In this document: piece by piece, positions 24,880-35,800 of the stretch
Layout: each line of letters starts with the position of its first letter
Numbering within the stretch: position 1 is the first letter of the stretch
Source of the DNA: an uncultured Bacteroidales bacterium
GTDB lineage: Bacteria; Bacteroidota; Bacteroidia; Bacteroidales; ML635J-15
Reading direction: 5' to 3'
Assembly (NCBI GenBank): GCA_905234755.1
Contig: CAJOIT010000007.1
Span: 50 to 64,049 of the forward strand
DNA length: 64,000 nt
Position numbers and translations under genes: made by a program
The notes under the pieces: model-generated
The model's input: the letters and a program-made list of their open reading frames with translations, nothing else
The model's database searches: none
Told to the model about the DNA's origin: nothing

Positions 24880-27393
24880 ATGAAGCGTAAATTTTTACCA
24901 CTCATTTTCGTGTGCCTGTCGGCAACGGCCTATGCCCAGACCGACACGACAAAGAACAACGACTATCTTGAAGAACAAGCGGTTCCAACAATAACACTTA
25001 CCGAATCGGAGATTGAGGAGGGCTCGCAGGACAACGACATCTCAACCTTGCTGCAGTCGTCGCAAGATGTATATGTAAATTCCGCAGGCTACACTTTCGG
25101 TCAGGCTCGCTTCCGCTTCCGCGGCTACGACAACCAGAATGCCGAAGTGCTGATGAACGGCATATATGTTAACGATGCCGAAAACGGCCGTCCCGTATAT
25201 AGCAACTGGGGCGGTCTTAACGATGTAATGCGCTTTAAGACAAATACATCGGCATTGCATTTCTCCGACTATTCGTTTGGCGGACTTAGTGGAGTTACCA
25301 ATATCTCAACCCGCGTGTCGGAGTTCCGTCAGGGAGGAAGCGTATCGTATGCCAACTCAAACCGTTCGTACCGCCACAGGGCAATGGCCGCCTACAGCAC
25401 CGGACTTATGGCTAACGGCTGGGCTTTCTCGGCTGCCGCATCAACACGCTTGGCTCAGAAATGCTACATCCCCGGCACATTCTACGAGGGCTATGCTTAT
25501 TTCTTCGGTGCCGAAAAGAAATTCAACGACCACCACAGCCTCGGACTTACAATTTACGGTTCGCCGTCGCGTAGCGGAAGGTCGGGCGCAGCAACCGCCG
25601 AAACCTACGAACTTCTCGGCACAAACTATTACAATCCCAACTGGGGCTACCAGAACGGCAAGGTCCGTAACGCCAAGGTCGGATATTTCCACCAGCCGCG
25701 AATCATCCTCTCGCACTACTGGGACATCGACAACACTATGAAACTGCAGACCTCGGCATCGTATATGTTCGGTCGCGGCGGAACAACAGCCCTCAACTGG
25801 TACGACGCTCCCGACCCGCGTCCCGACTACTACCGCAACTTCCCGTCGTACTACGATGACGACGAAAATATGTTCGCCCAGCTTACAAACGAATGGCAGA
25901 ACGACGAGAACAAAGGTCTGCTCGACTGGGACCACTTCTATTTTGCAAATATGAAAAACCTATATACGGTTACTAATGTGGGCGGAAATCCCAACGATTC
26001 AATCACAGGCAACCGTGCAAAATACATCATCGAAGAACGCCGCAACGACATTAGCCGCTTCGATTTCTCGTCGCGCTTGAGCAAGATTTTTACCGATGAG
26101 ATAAAGATGGTCGCTGGCGTAAACTACATGATGAACCAGACGCACTACTTCAAGGTAATCGACGACCTTCTGGGTGCCGACTGGTGGCTCGATGTTGACC
26201 AGTTTGCCGAACGCGACTTCAACGACGACAACTACATCCAGAGCGACCTCGACAATCCAAACCAAGTGAAAAAGGAAGGCGATTTGTTCGGCTACAACTA
26301 CTTGGCAAACATTCACAAGGCCGATGCTTTTGCCGAAGCCGAATTCAAATACTCGAAGGTTGAGTTCTTCACAGCCTTAAAACTTTCCTACACCGAATAC
26401 TGGCGCGACGGAAAGATGCGCAACGGAAAGTTCCCCGATGGCTCGTACGGTGCTTCTGAACACCAAAGATTCTTCAACTATGCTGTGAAGGCAGGCGTCA
26501 ACTACAAGATTACAGGCCGCAACTTCCTGCTTGCTAATGTGGCTTACCTCACACGCGCACCTTATTTCCGCAATGCGTATGTTTCGCCTCGTACACGCGA
26601 CAATGTTGTGCCAAACCTCAAGAGCGAGACAATCTTCTCTGGCGACCTCAGCTATTTCTTCCGCTCGCCAAACTTCCAGCTCAAGATTACGGGCTACTAC
26701 ACCGAATTCCGCAACGGAACCGAAGGCACAAGCTTCTACCACGACGAGCTTAACACCTTCGTCAACTATATGATGACGGGCGTAAACAAGGTTCATTATG
26801 GCGGAGAATTCGGAACCGAAGTGAAGATTTCACCGACTGTAACTGCAACTGCTGCATTGGGTTACGGAAGATATATGTACAACAGCCGTCCGTCGGTAAC
26901 CATAACTCAGGACAACAGTTCCGAAGTGCTTGCAACCGACCGTACCGTTTATATAAAGAACTACCACATCGGCGGAACTCCCGAACTAGCAGCAACTATC
27001 GGTGTTAAGTATTCCGCTCCAAAATATTGGTACATAGGTGCTAACGCAAATTATTTCGGTGAAAACTATGTTACAATCAATCCCGAGAAGCACACCGTTG
27101 AGGCTCTCGACATTTTTGTTGTCGGCGACCCGCAGCTCGAAACCATTCTCGGTCAGGAAAAGTTGAAAGGCGGTTTCACTCTCGACATCTACGGTGGAAA
27201 GTCGTGGAGGATACAGCACAAATACACTATCGGTTTCACTGCAAGCATCTCGAATGTAACTCACAACACCAAGATTGCAACCAGCGGATTCGAGCAGTAC
27301 CGCTTCGACAAGACCAACATCGACAAGTTCCCCAACAAGTACTACTATATGTACGGAATTAATTACTTCGCAAACCTATATTTCAGATTCTAA
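24880..27393 (+). CDS. TonB-dependent outer-membrane receptor (non-SusC type)
   Basis: 837 aa from MKRKFLPLIFVCLSATAYAQ (signal peptide). It has a plug-like region (NGIYVNDAENGRPVYSNWGGLND), a long beta-barrel rich in alternating aromatic residues, and a C-terminal ...NLYFRF. Confidence 0.8.
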   Translation: MKRKFLPLIFVCLSATAYAQTDTTKNNDYLEEQAVPTITLTESEIEEGSQDNDISTLLQSSQDVYVNSAGYTFGQARFRFRGYDNQNAEVLMNGIYVNDAENGRPVYSNWGGLNDVMRFKTNTSALHFSDYSFGGLSGVTNISTRVSEFRQGGSVSYANSNRSYRHRAMAAYSTGLMANGWAFSAAASTRLAQKCYIPGTFYEGYAYFFGAEKKFNDHHSLGLTIYGSPSRSGRSGAATAETYELLGTNYYNPNWGYQNGKVRNAKVGYFHQPRIILSHYWDIDNTMKLQTSASYMFGRGGTTALNWYDAPDPRPDYYRNFPSYYDDDENMFAQLTNEWQNDENKGLLDWDHFYFANMKNLYTVTNVGGNPNDSITGNRAKYIIEERRNDISRFDFSSRLSKIFTDEIKMVAGVNYMMNQTHYFKVIDDLLGADWWLDVDQFAERDFNDDNYIQSDLDNPNQVKKEGDLFGYNYLANIHKADAFAEAEFKYSKVEFFTALKLSYTEYWRDGKMRNGKFPDGSYGASEHQRFFNYAVKAGVNYKITGRNFLLANVAYLTRAPYFRNAYVSPRTRDNVVPNLKSETIFSGDLSYFFRSPNFQLKITGYYTEFRNGTEGTSFYHDELNTFVNYMMTGVNKVHYGGEFGTEVKISPTVTATAALGYGRYMYNSRPSVTITQDNSSEVLATDRTVYIKNYHIGGTPELAATIGVKYSAPKYWYIGANANYFGENYVTINPEKHTVEALDIFVVGDPQLETILGQEKLKGGFTLDIYGGKSWRIQHKYTIGFTASISNVTHNTKIATSGFEQYRFDKTNIDKFPNKYYYMYGINYFANLYFRF

Positions 27394-27405
27394 AACACTT
27401 GCAAG

Positions 27406-28200
27406 ATGAAAAAGATAATTTCCATAATAGTTCCGATGTTTTTTGCAGCTGTGGCACTTGTCTGCTCCTGCGAGAAACCCGATGTCCCAGCAATAACCGA
27501 GTTGGACAAGGACCATATACTTACGGTTTCCGACATTTACAAGATGTGGGCCGACAGTGGCGACTACTACCAGTTTAAAGACGACTATATGCTGTTCGGT
27601 ACAATCACTATGGACGACAGCCACGACAACATCTACAAGGAAGCCTACCTGCAGGATTCCACTGGCGGAATAAACATCTACAAGCTCAGCAAGGCAGGTA
27701 TGGTAAAGGTTGGCGACCGCATCCGCATGAATCTGAAAGGCAGCCAGATAGTAAATTACAGCGGCAAGATGGAACTAAGTTTTGTCGATGTCGAGGATGC
27801 CTCTCTGCAGGTGATACTTCAGGAACCAAATGTACCGATTACTCCAGAGGAAGTTACTATGGCTCAGGTTATTGAAAATCCAGCATATTACGACTGCCGT
27901 CTTGTAAAACTCAACAATGTGCAGTTTGCGGCAAGCGACACCTCGATGACCTACGCTGTGGAACACGGTTCGGCAACCCAGAACCGCAACATGACAAGCT
28001 GCGACGGAAATACACTCGTCGCCCGCAACAGCGACTACGCCGACTTTGCAGGGCAACCTTTGCCAAAAGGTAGCGGAAGCGTAGTAGGAATTATGACACG
28101 GTACATTAGGTCTGGCTCAAACGGAACAACAACGACTACCTATCAGATAATCATCCGTTCGACCGATGAAGTGAATATGGATGGTGACAGATGTGACTAG
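27406..28200 (+). CDS. Lipoprotein with OB-fold-like (DUF5689-type) domain
   Basis: It has a signal peptide + lipobox (LVCSC). FGTITMDDSHDNIYKEAYLQDSTGGINIY...GDRIRMNLKG...YSGKMEL is the pattern of DUF5689/OB-fold lipoproteins found next to TonB receptors. Confidence 0.6.
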   Translation: MKKIISIIVPMFFAAVALVCSCEKPDVPAITELDKDHILTVSDIYKMWADSGDYYQFKDDYMLFGTITMDDSHDNIYKEAYLQDSTGGINIYKLSKAGMVKVGDRIRMNLKGSQIVNYSGKMELSFVDVEDASLQVILQEPNVPITPEEVTMAQVIENPAYYDCRLVKLNNVQFAASDTSMTYAVEHGSATQNRNMTSCDGNTLVARNSDYADFAGQPLPKGSGSVVGIMTRYIRSGSNGTTTTTYQIIIRSTDEVNMDGDRCD

Positions 28201-28219
28201 AATTTTAAAACGAAAAGAC

Positions 28220-29545
28220 ATGAAACACACAATCAAAATATTTGCAGTAGCATTGGCAATAGTGCCGGCATTTATGTTCAGCGGTTGTATCCAGGGCAAG
28301 TACGATACTCCCGAAGTTAGCGAAGTGCCTGTTGGCGATACGGTTACAATCACACATTTATGGGATATATATGAATCGCTTACAACAGCAGTCACAAACT
28401 ACGATTTGCTCATTGCTGATGATAGTGAGTTATATGATTCACTTGGAATGATAGATCATAGGAAATATGACTCTGTTATGGCTGCGTGTGGTGGAAAATA
28501 CCAGTTTAAAAAAGATCATTCTGTTTTCGGCTACATAACCATGTCCGACAAGATTGGCAACATCTATAAGTCAGCATATTTGCAGGGTGGAGCTGATGAC
28601 GACAAGGCCATTAACTTGCATCTGCTTTCGTCGGGTGGAGTGTACGAAGGCGACTATGTGCGCGTGAACCTCAAAGGCTTGGTTCTTAGCGACTACAGCG
28701 GTATGATACAGTTGGATTCGGTTCATGTTGACAACAACATTGTAAAGTTGGAAACGCGCAAATTCCTCGAACCGGAGTTGGTTGACATGGAGAATATTGG
28801 CACTGGTTCGTATGTCGGAAAACTTGTCAAGCTCCGCAAGGTTCAATTCCAGCAGCAGTATGTTGGCACAACATACGCCGACAAGGAAGGACAAAAGACT
28901 GTAAATACCTACATCGAGGACGAGTACGGCAACACTATGATAGTCCGCACCAGCGGTTACGCTAATTTTGCAGGCGACACTATTCCTGCAGGGAGCGGTT
29001 CGCTTGTGGCTATTGTTAGTCGATATAATACTGAATACCAGTTGTTTATCCGCAACACCGATGAAGTGCAACTTACAGGTCGCAGGTTTGGCGATGTGGA
29101 TGAATTATTCGAAAACAACTTTGATGCTTCGCCAGTTGGCGAATTTGCCGATGCAGGATGGCAGAACAATGCTGTACAAGGCAGTGCAAAGTGGATGGTT
29201 CAGGCAGCAACCGACGGAAATATACTTAGTGTTAGCGGAAACAATGCCGAGCAGAACGAAACATGGCTTATTACTCCGGAAATCACACTTCAGTCTAATT
29301 CCTACCTCAGCTTCAAGACCAGAATGATGACAAGTGGCAATACCTTGACCGCCATGATTTCAACTGATGGAACAAACTGGATACCTTTGCCAGCCAACAT
29401 TGCAGCATCTACCGACTGGGCTATCTCGGGCGATGTAAGTCTTGCTCAATACTCAGGAAGTATCCGCATAGCCTTCAAGTTTGAAAGCCCTGTAGGAGTT
29501 GCAGGAAAGTATTTCTTGGATGATGTAAAGGTGTTTACGAAGTAG
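28220..29545 (+). CDS. Lipoprotein, DUF5689-type OB-fold domain + choice-of-anchor-J-like C-terminal domain
   Basis: 441 aa from MKHTIKIFAVALAIVPAFMFSGC (lipobox). It is a paralogue of the preceding gene (FGYITMSDKIGNIYKSAYLQ..., GDYVRVNLKG...YSGMIQL). The C-terminus FDASPVGEFADAGWQN...WLITPEITL resembles choice-of-anchor J. Confidence 0.6.
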   Translation: MKHTIKIFAVALAIVPAFMFSGCIQGKYDTPEVSEVPVGDTVTITHLWDIYESLTTAVTNYDLLIADDSELYDSLGMIDHRKYDSVMAACGGKYQFKKDHSVFGYITMSDKIGNIYKSAYLQGGADDDKAINLHLLSSGGVYEGDYVRVNLKGLVLSDYSGMIQLDSVHVDNNIVKLETRKFLEPELVDMENIGTGSYVGKLVKLRKVQFQQQYVGTTYADKEGQKTVNTYIEDEYGNTMIVRTSGYANFAGDTIPAGSGSLVAIVSRYNTEYQLFIRNTDEVQLTGRRFGDVDELFENNFDASPVGEFADAGWQNNAVQGSAKWMVQAATDGNILSVSGNNAEQNETWLITPEITLQSNSYLSFKTRMMTSGNTLTAMISTDGTNWIPLPANIAASTDWAISGDVSLAQYSGSIRIAFKFESPVGVAGKYFLDDVKVFTK

Positions 29546-29627
29546 TTACGGTAGTTTATATTGTTTGATGTTGTTTCAAAATTGTTAGTTCCTGAATCTA
29601 AATCAATAACATCAAACAACCAGAAAC

Positions 29628-29723
29628 AAAAAACGGAATCAGATCCTGAAATAAATTCAGGATGACATTCCGTTTTTTCCTCTAAACAATATCAAATTTT
29701 GAAACGGCGCTAGCCATAGAAAC
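29628..29723. repeat. Dispersed hairpin element, copy B (bidirectional terminator-like)
   Basis: aaaaaacggaatcagatcctgaa-ataaa-ttcaggatgacattccgtttttt is a long near-perfect hairpin flanked by A- and T-runs. gaaacggcgctagccatagaaac follows. Confidence 0.8.
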
Positions 29724-29863
29724 TGTGCGTAAACCCACTTAATCCTCATTTTTATCTAAAATACGCTTCTATATTTCATTTTCATATAATTTACCAACAA
29801 AACAAATTCATCGTATTGTAAAAATTCTTAACTTGCGAAGCTATTTTTAAAATTAATTGTTTT

Positions 29864-32800
29864 ATGAAACGACTGTTATTATTAGTGGTCATCTGCGCAA
29901 TGTGCGGTTTAGCATTTTCGCAGAACGGGCGTATCCCGTTGACCCCAACGGCAACAAAAAGTGGTTCGCTTCAATCCAACAGCATGTCGGGATTCAGCAC
30001 CACATTTTCATTCAGCTCCATTGAGAGCGAAGCTATTTCAAACGAAAAAGGTAATTTCTCCGAAATTTATATTGATGGTTCATTTCCATACGGAGAAGTC
30101 GGTTCGCCATCGTTGCCGATGATTACAAGATTGATTGCAATTCCAGAAGGAGCAATACCAGTTGTAACGGTAAACGGATATTCTGAAAACGAATACGCAT
30201 TGCAGGATTACGACATCCAAACACTTTCGGCACAGCAGGCTCCTGTTCGCAAGAGCATCGACCCGACAACTGTCGAATATGTTGTGAACCAGTCTGCTTA
30301 CGCACGCGATACCTACACAACCGATGAAATTGCTTCGGTAGAATACCTTGGCACAATGCGTGGCATTCGTATCGGTAAACTGACAATCCGTCCCGTTGCA
30401 TACAATGCTGCTTCAAATACGGTTAAGGTTTATAACGACATCAATGTTTCGGTTGATTTCGAGAATGCAAATGCTGCACTTACACAGAGCATGTTTGCAA
30501 GCACTTACAGCCCTGCTTTCAACAGCATCTACGACCAGTTGCTGAACAAGAGCATTTTCGGTTCGAACACAAGGAGTGCTTACACCGACCACCCAGATTT
30601 ATACAACACTCCTGTAAGAATGTTGGTTATCTGCTATTCTGGGTTTAGAGACAATGCATCTCTCAACCAATGGCTTGCATGGAAATTGCAGAAGGGCTAC
30701 TATGTTGACATTTTCTACACCGATGAAACTGGAACAACAGCATCTGCTATTGCATCTTTCATCAGAACCAAGTATAACGCTTCGGTTGCAGCTGGTAATG
30801 CATATACCTATTTAATTACAATAGGTGATACTGGACAAGTTCCGCAGTATGCAACGGAGAGTGTTGATGAGCAATGCGCAACCGATTTAGGATATTCGTC
30901 TGTTGATGGCGACTACTTCCCCGATATGTTCTATAGCCGTATGTCTGTTGAAAACGCAACTCACCTTGCTAACTATATAGAAAAAGTTATAGTATATGAG
31001 AAATTTCAAATGTCAGATGGTGGCAACTACTTGAATAACCTTATTCTTGTCGGTGGTTGGGATTCAAATTGGACTCCCAAAGTTGCTCGTCCTACAGTCA
31101 ACTATGGAAGCACCAATTATTTCAATACATCCAACACAACTTACGGTGGCTTTGAAAACGGGACACTCAACATAACCGTTTCAACAAGTTCTACGCAAGG
31201 CTATTCTGGAACAAACAATGGTTGCTACAATGGCATTAACAATGGTGCTTGTTTAGTAAACTACACTGCACATGGTGACAAGCAAGAATGGTATCAACCC
31301 AAATTATCCGCTACACAAGTAGCTACTTTAACCAACAATGGGAAATATTTCTTTGGCGTTGGAAACTGCTGTCTTACAGGTAATTTCAACAATACGTCCA
31401 CGGATTATTCTCCAGGTTCTGCAATAGGAACAAACGCTTGCTTCGCTGAAACAATGATTCGTGTTCCCAAAGCAGGTGCTGTCGTATATGTAGGATGCTC
31501 ACCATATTCATATTGGTACGAAGACTTCTACTGGGCAGTTGGTGCTCACACATACTCACAAGGAAATGCACCTTCAACGTCTGCATCAACGATGGGTGTT
31601 TACGATGCAATGTTTATTGATGAATATTGGAACTCTGCTTCTTCTCTGTTGTACTTGGGTAACCTTGCTGTACAGCAAGCTGTCACTTCTGGAAACACAA
31701 ACTCTAGTGTTACTGATGGAAACTGCAGTAATTCGGCAAACTACTACTTTAAGTTCTATCATACTTTCGGTGACGGTTCCGTAATGCCTTACGTTACAAA
31801 ACCAGAAGCTAACAATGTTACTATTCCAGCATCGGTAATGTCTGGAGCAACCTCAATGACTGTAAATGCAATTGCTGGTTCATACGTTGCTGTTACCGAT
31901 AATGAATCTACAATCTATGGTGTCGCAGTTGCAAACTCATCTAATGTAGCAACGGTTAACTTCACCGAGGCAATACCCGGTTCTGGAACACTTTATGTTG
32001 TAGTTACCCGCCAGCAGTATCAGCCTTACTTCGGTACTGTTTCGGTAATTGCTCCAAATCCTCCAACAGCCGACTTCACAGGTACTCCAACCACTATCCT
32101 CGAAAGAGAATCGGTAACCTTTACAAACAACTCGCAGTACGCTGCAACTTACCTGTGGAACTTTGGTGACGGTGAGACCTCAACCGAAATGAACCCCGTT
32201 CATACATATATGACTCCTGGTACTTACACAGTAACATTGCGAGTTGAAAACACTCTTGGCAACGACACCAAGACTCGTACAAATTACATTACTGTTAATC
32301 CAAACACCAATCCTCCAGTAGCAGATTTCGTAGCTTCGGAAACTGAAGTTTATATGGGAGCAACGGTAACATTCACCGATCTTACAGAAAATATCCCGAC
32401 ATCGTGGGAATGGACTTTCGAAGGCGGAACACCAGCAACATCAACAGAACAGAATCCAAGCGTTTCCTACGATGAGCCAGGTGAATATACAGTAACACTT
32501 GTTGCCCACAATGCATATGGTTCCGACACTGAAACAAAGACAGGTTACATTACCGTATTCTACCCAGACATAATAATGAGCAATGAAACAGTGTATGCAT
32601 GTGCTGGAACATATAAGGACCCGGGAGGAGATGAAAATTATGAAAATAATTTGTCGTATACCCAAACTATTTACCCAAGCACTGAAGGTGCGTATGTAAG
32701 ACTTACATTCACTGAATTTTCGTTAGAAAATACTTATAACAATAGGTGCTATGATAAGTTCTACATCTACGATGGAACTTCAACTTCGGCGACAGCCCTT

Positions 32801-35800
32801 GTAAATGGCGTTTGCGGAACAAGTAATCCAGGAACAGTAACAGCTACGAACAATGCTGGTGCTTTGACAATTAAATTTACATCTGATAACTCTGAGGTTT
32901 CATCAGGATGGAGAGCAGAAATAAGCTGCTACATACCGGGACCAGAAGTCGCTGTACAAAGCTACACACCGACAACTGCCCGTTACAGTACAACAAGTGA
33001 CTTGAATATTACATTCACCAATACAGGTGTAGGTACTACAAGTGAAAACACAACTGCAACTATTTCTACAACCGACGAATACATTACTCTTAACAATTCA
33101 TCTGCAATACTCGGTTCAATCGCTCGCAACGCCACCACAGACGGCACATTCAATTTCACAATGGCAGAAGATGTTCCCGATGGTCATGTTGTAACAATAA
33201 ATGTAGCAATTACAGATGGAAGCAATTCATGGAACGAAACGATAACAATCACTGCTATTGGCCACTCATGCGACGCACCTACAGGATTGCAGGTTGCTGT
33301 AAACAATTCAGACGCTACAATCACATGGGATGCACAGACAATATCAACAGTAACCATTAGTGATGATTTTGAAGGACATACATACGGAATGATTAATTCG
33401 GCAGGTACTGTAGGTTGGACTTACATTGATGGTGACAACACGGCCACAGCTACATTCAGTACGATAGATTTCACCAACGAAGGTGCAAATATGGCTTACA
33501 TCGTAATTGACGGCAGTCAGGTAACAGGTAGCAGTGTAGCAACTGCACATTCTGGAAACAACTACATAGGATCCCCGTACATCAGTTCCACGACTCAAAA
33601 CGATGACTGGATTGTAAGCCCAGAACTTAATTTTACAGAAGATTTCAATTTCTCGTTCTATGCACGTTCCTTCTCGTCAAGATATAGCACCGAAAAATTC
33701 TACGCTGCATATTCTACGACAGGAAATTCTGCTGGAGATTTTATTAATTTGAACAATCCTGCAACAACGACCACTGCGACATGGACAGAATATTCCTACA
33801 CTGTTCCAGCCAATGCAAAATATGTTGCAATACATTGTGTATCAAAAGACATGTTTATGTTCTGTGTTGATGACATAACAATCAGCGGAAATGGTTTATC
33901 TGGAGCTGCTTCTGTCAACATCTACGACAACGGTGTTCTTGTAGCATCTAACATTTCTACAGGAACTTACACAGCAACCGATCTTACACCTGGTGAACAT
34001 TGCTTTAGCGTTCGCGCCATTTGTAATGATGATAGCGAATCGCTTGCTGCACAACAGTGTGTAACCATTGAAAACAATTTGCCACGCTACAATGTAACAG
34101 TTAACTCAAACAATGGTGGTACGGTAACTCCTAACGGAACGCAAACCGTTTACGAAGGCAGCAGCTTCACTTTCACAGCAACTCCAAACGACTGCTACGA
34201 AATAGGTTCTGTAACCGTTAATGGAAACGCAGTATCTCTTACAAACAATTCGTACACCATTAATAATATTACAGCAGATCAGACAGTAAATGTTACATTC
34301 AACCAGATTGCATACACAATTGTAGCATCCGCTGGAAATGGTGGTACAATTTACTCTGCCGGAAATGTTAGCGTTAATTGTGGCGAAAACAAGACATTTG
34401 CAATCGCAGCAAACAATGGCTATAGAATTCTTGATGTAACTGTGGATGGTCAAAGTGTAGGTGCTGTCGAAAGCTACTCATTCTCGGATGTTAATGCAAA
34501 CCACAGCATTTCGGCTACATTTATCGCTGTTCTTACAATTGATGTTACTGCCGATGCAGAAGGCGGTTCGGTTTATCCAACAGGAACACAAACCCTTGAT
34601 GCTGGAGAAAGCTTCACTTTCACAGTTACACCCGACAACTGCTACGAAATAGGTACTGTTACCGTTAATGGAAACGCAGTTGACCTTGATGCAAACAATC
34701 AGTACACCATTAACAATGTTACAACCAACCAGAACATCAATGTTACCTTCAATTTGTTGTCATACACGATTACAGCATCAGCAGGAAACGGTGGTACTAT
34801 CACACCTAGTGGTGATATAAATGTTAACTGTGGTGAAAGCAAGGCATTTACAATTTTAGCAAACGAAGGCTATATGATTTCCGATGTACTTGTTGATGGA
34901 CAAAGCGTTGGTTCACAAACTTCATACACATTCACAAATGTTGATGCAAATCACACAATTTCTGCAACATTCGCAGAAATTCCTGACAATCACATTGTAA
35001 TAACAGTAAATGCTGATGCAGTAGGTGGTTCTGTTTCGCCAAATGGCACACAATCGGTAGAACAAGGCGAAAACTTCACCTTCACAGTTACTCCAGATGC
35101 TTGCTATGCAATCGGCACAGTTACCGTCAACGGAAACGAAGTAACTCTGGATGCAAACAACTCCTACACAATACAGAATGTAACTACCGAGCAGACTGTT
35201 AACGTTACTTTCAACCCGATCACCTACATTATTACCGCAAATGCTGGCAATGGTGGTACAATCACTCCTGCTGGCGAAGTAAATGTTAATTGTGGAGAAA
35301 GCATGACATTTGCAATAGCAGCCAGCGAAGGCTATCAAATTGCTGATGTTGTTGTTGACGGACAAAGTGTTGGCGTTGTAGAAAGCTACACATTCAACAA
35401 TGTTACAGCAAACGGACATAGCATTTCGGCTACTTTCGAAGTTATACCGCCTAACGAAATCGAGATTGTTGTAAATGCTGATGCAGAAGGCGGTTCTGTT
35501 TCTCCAACAGGAACACAGACTGTAACCGAAGGCGATAACTTCACATTCACAGTAACTCCTAATGCATGCTACACAATTGGTACTGTCACTGTCAATGGTA
35601 CGGCTGTAGAACTTGATGCTAACAACTCCTACACAATACCGAATGTAACAACCGAACAGACAATCAATGTGACATTCAACCAGATTGTTTACACAATTGC
35701 TGCAAGTGCCGAAAATGGCGGTACAATAACTCCTGCTGGCGATGTTGAAGTTAACTGCGGTGACGATGCTGTATTTACCATCACACCAAACGAAGGCTAT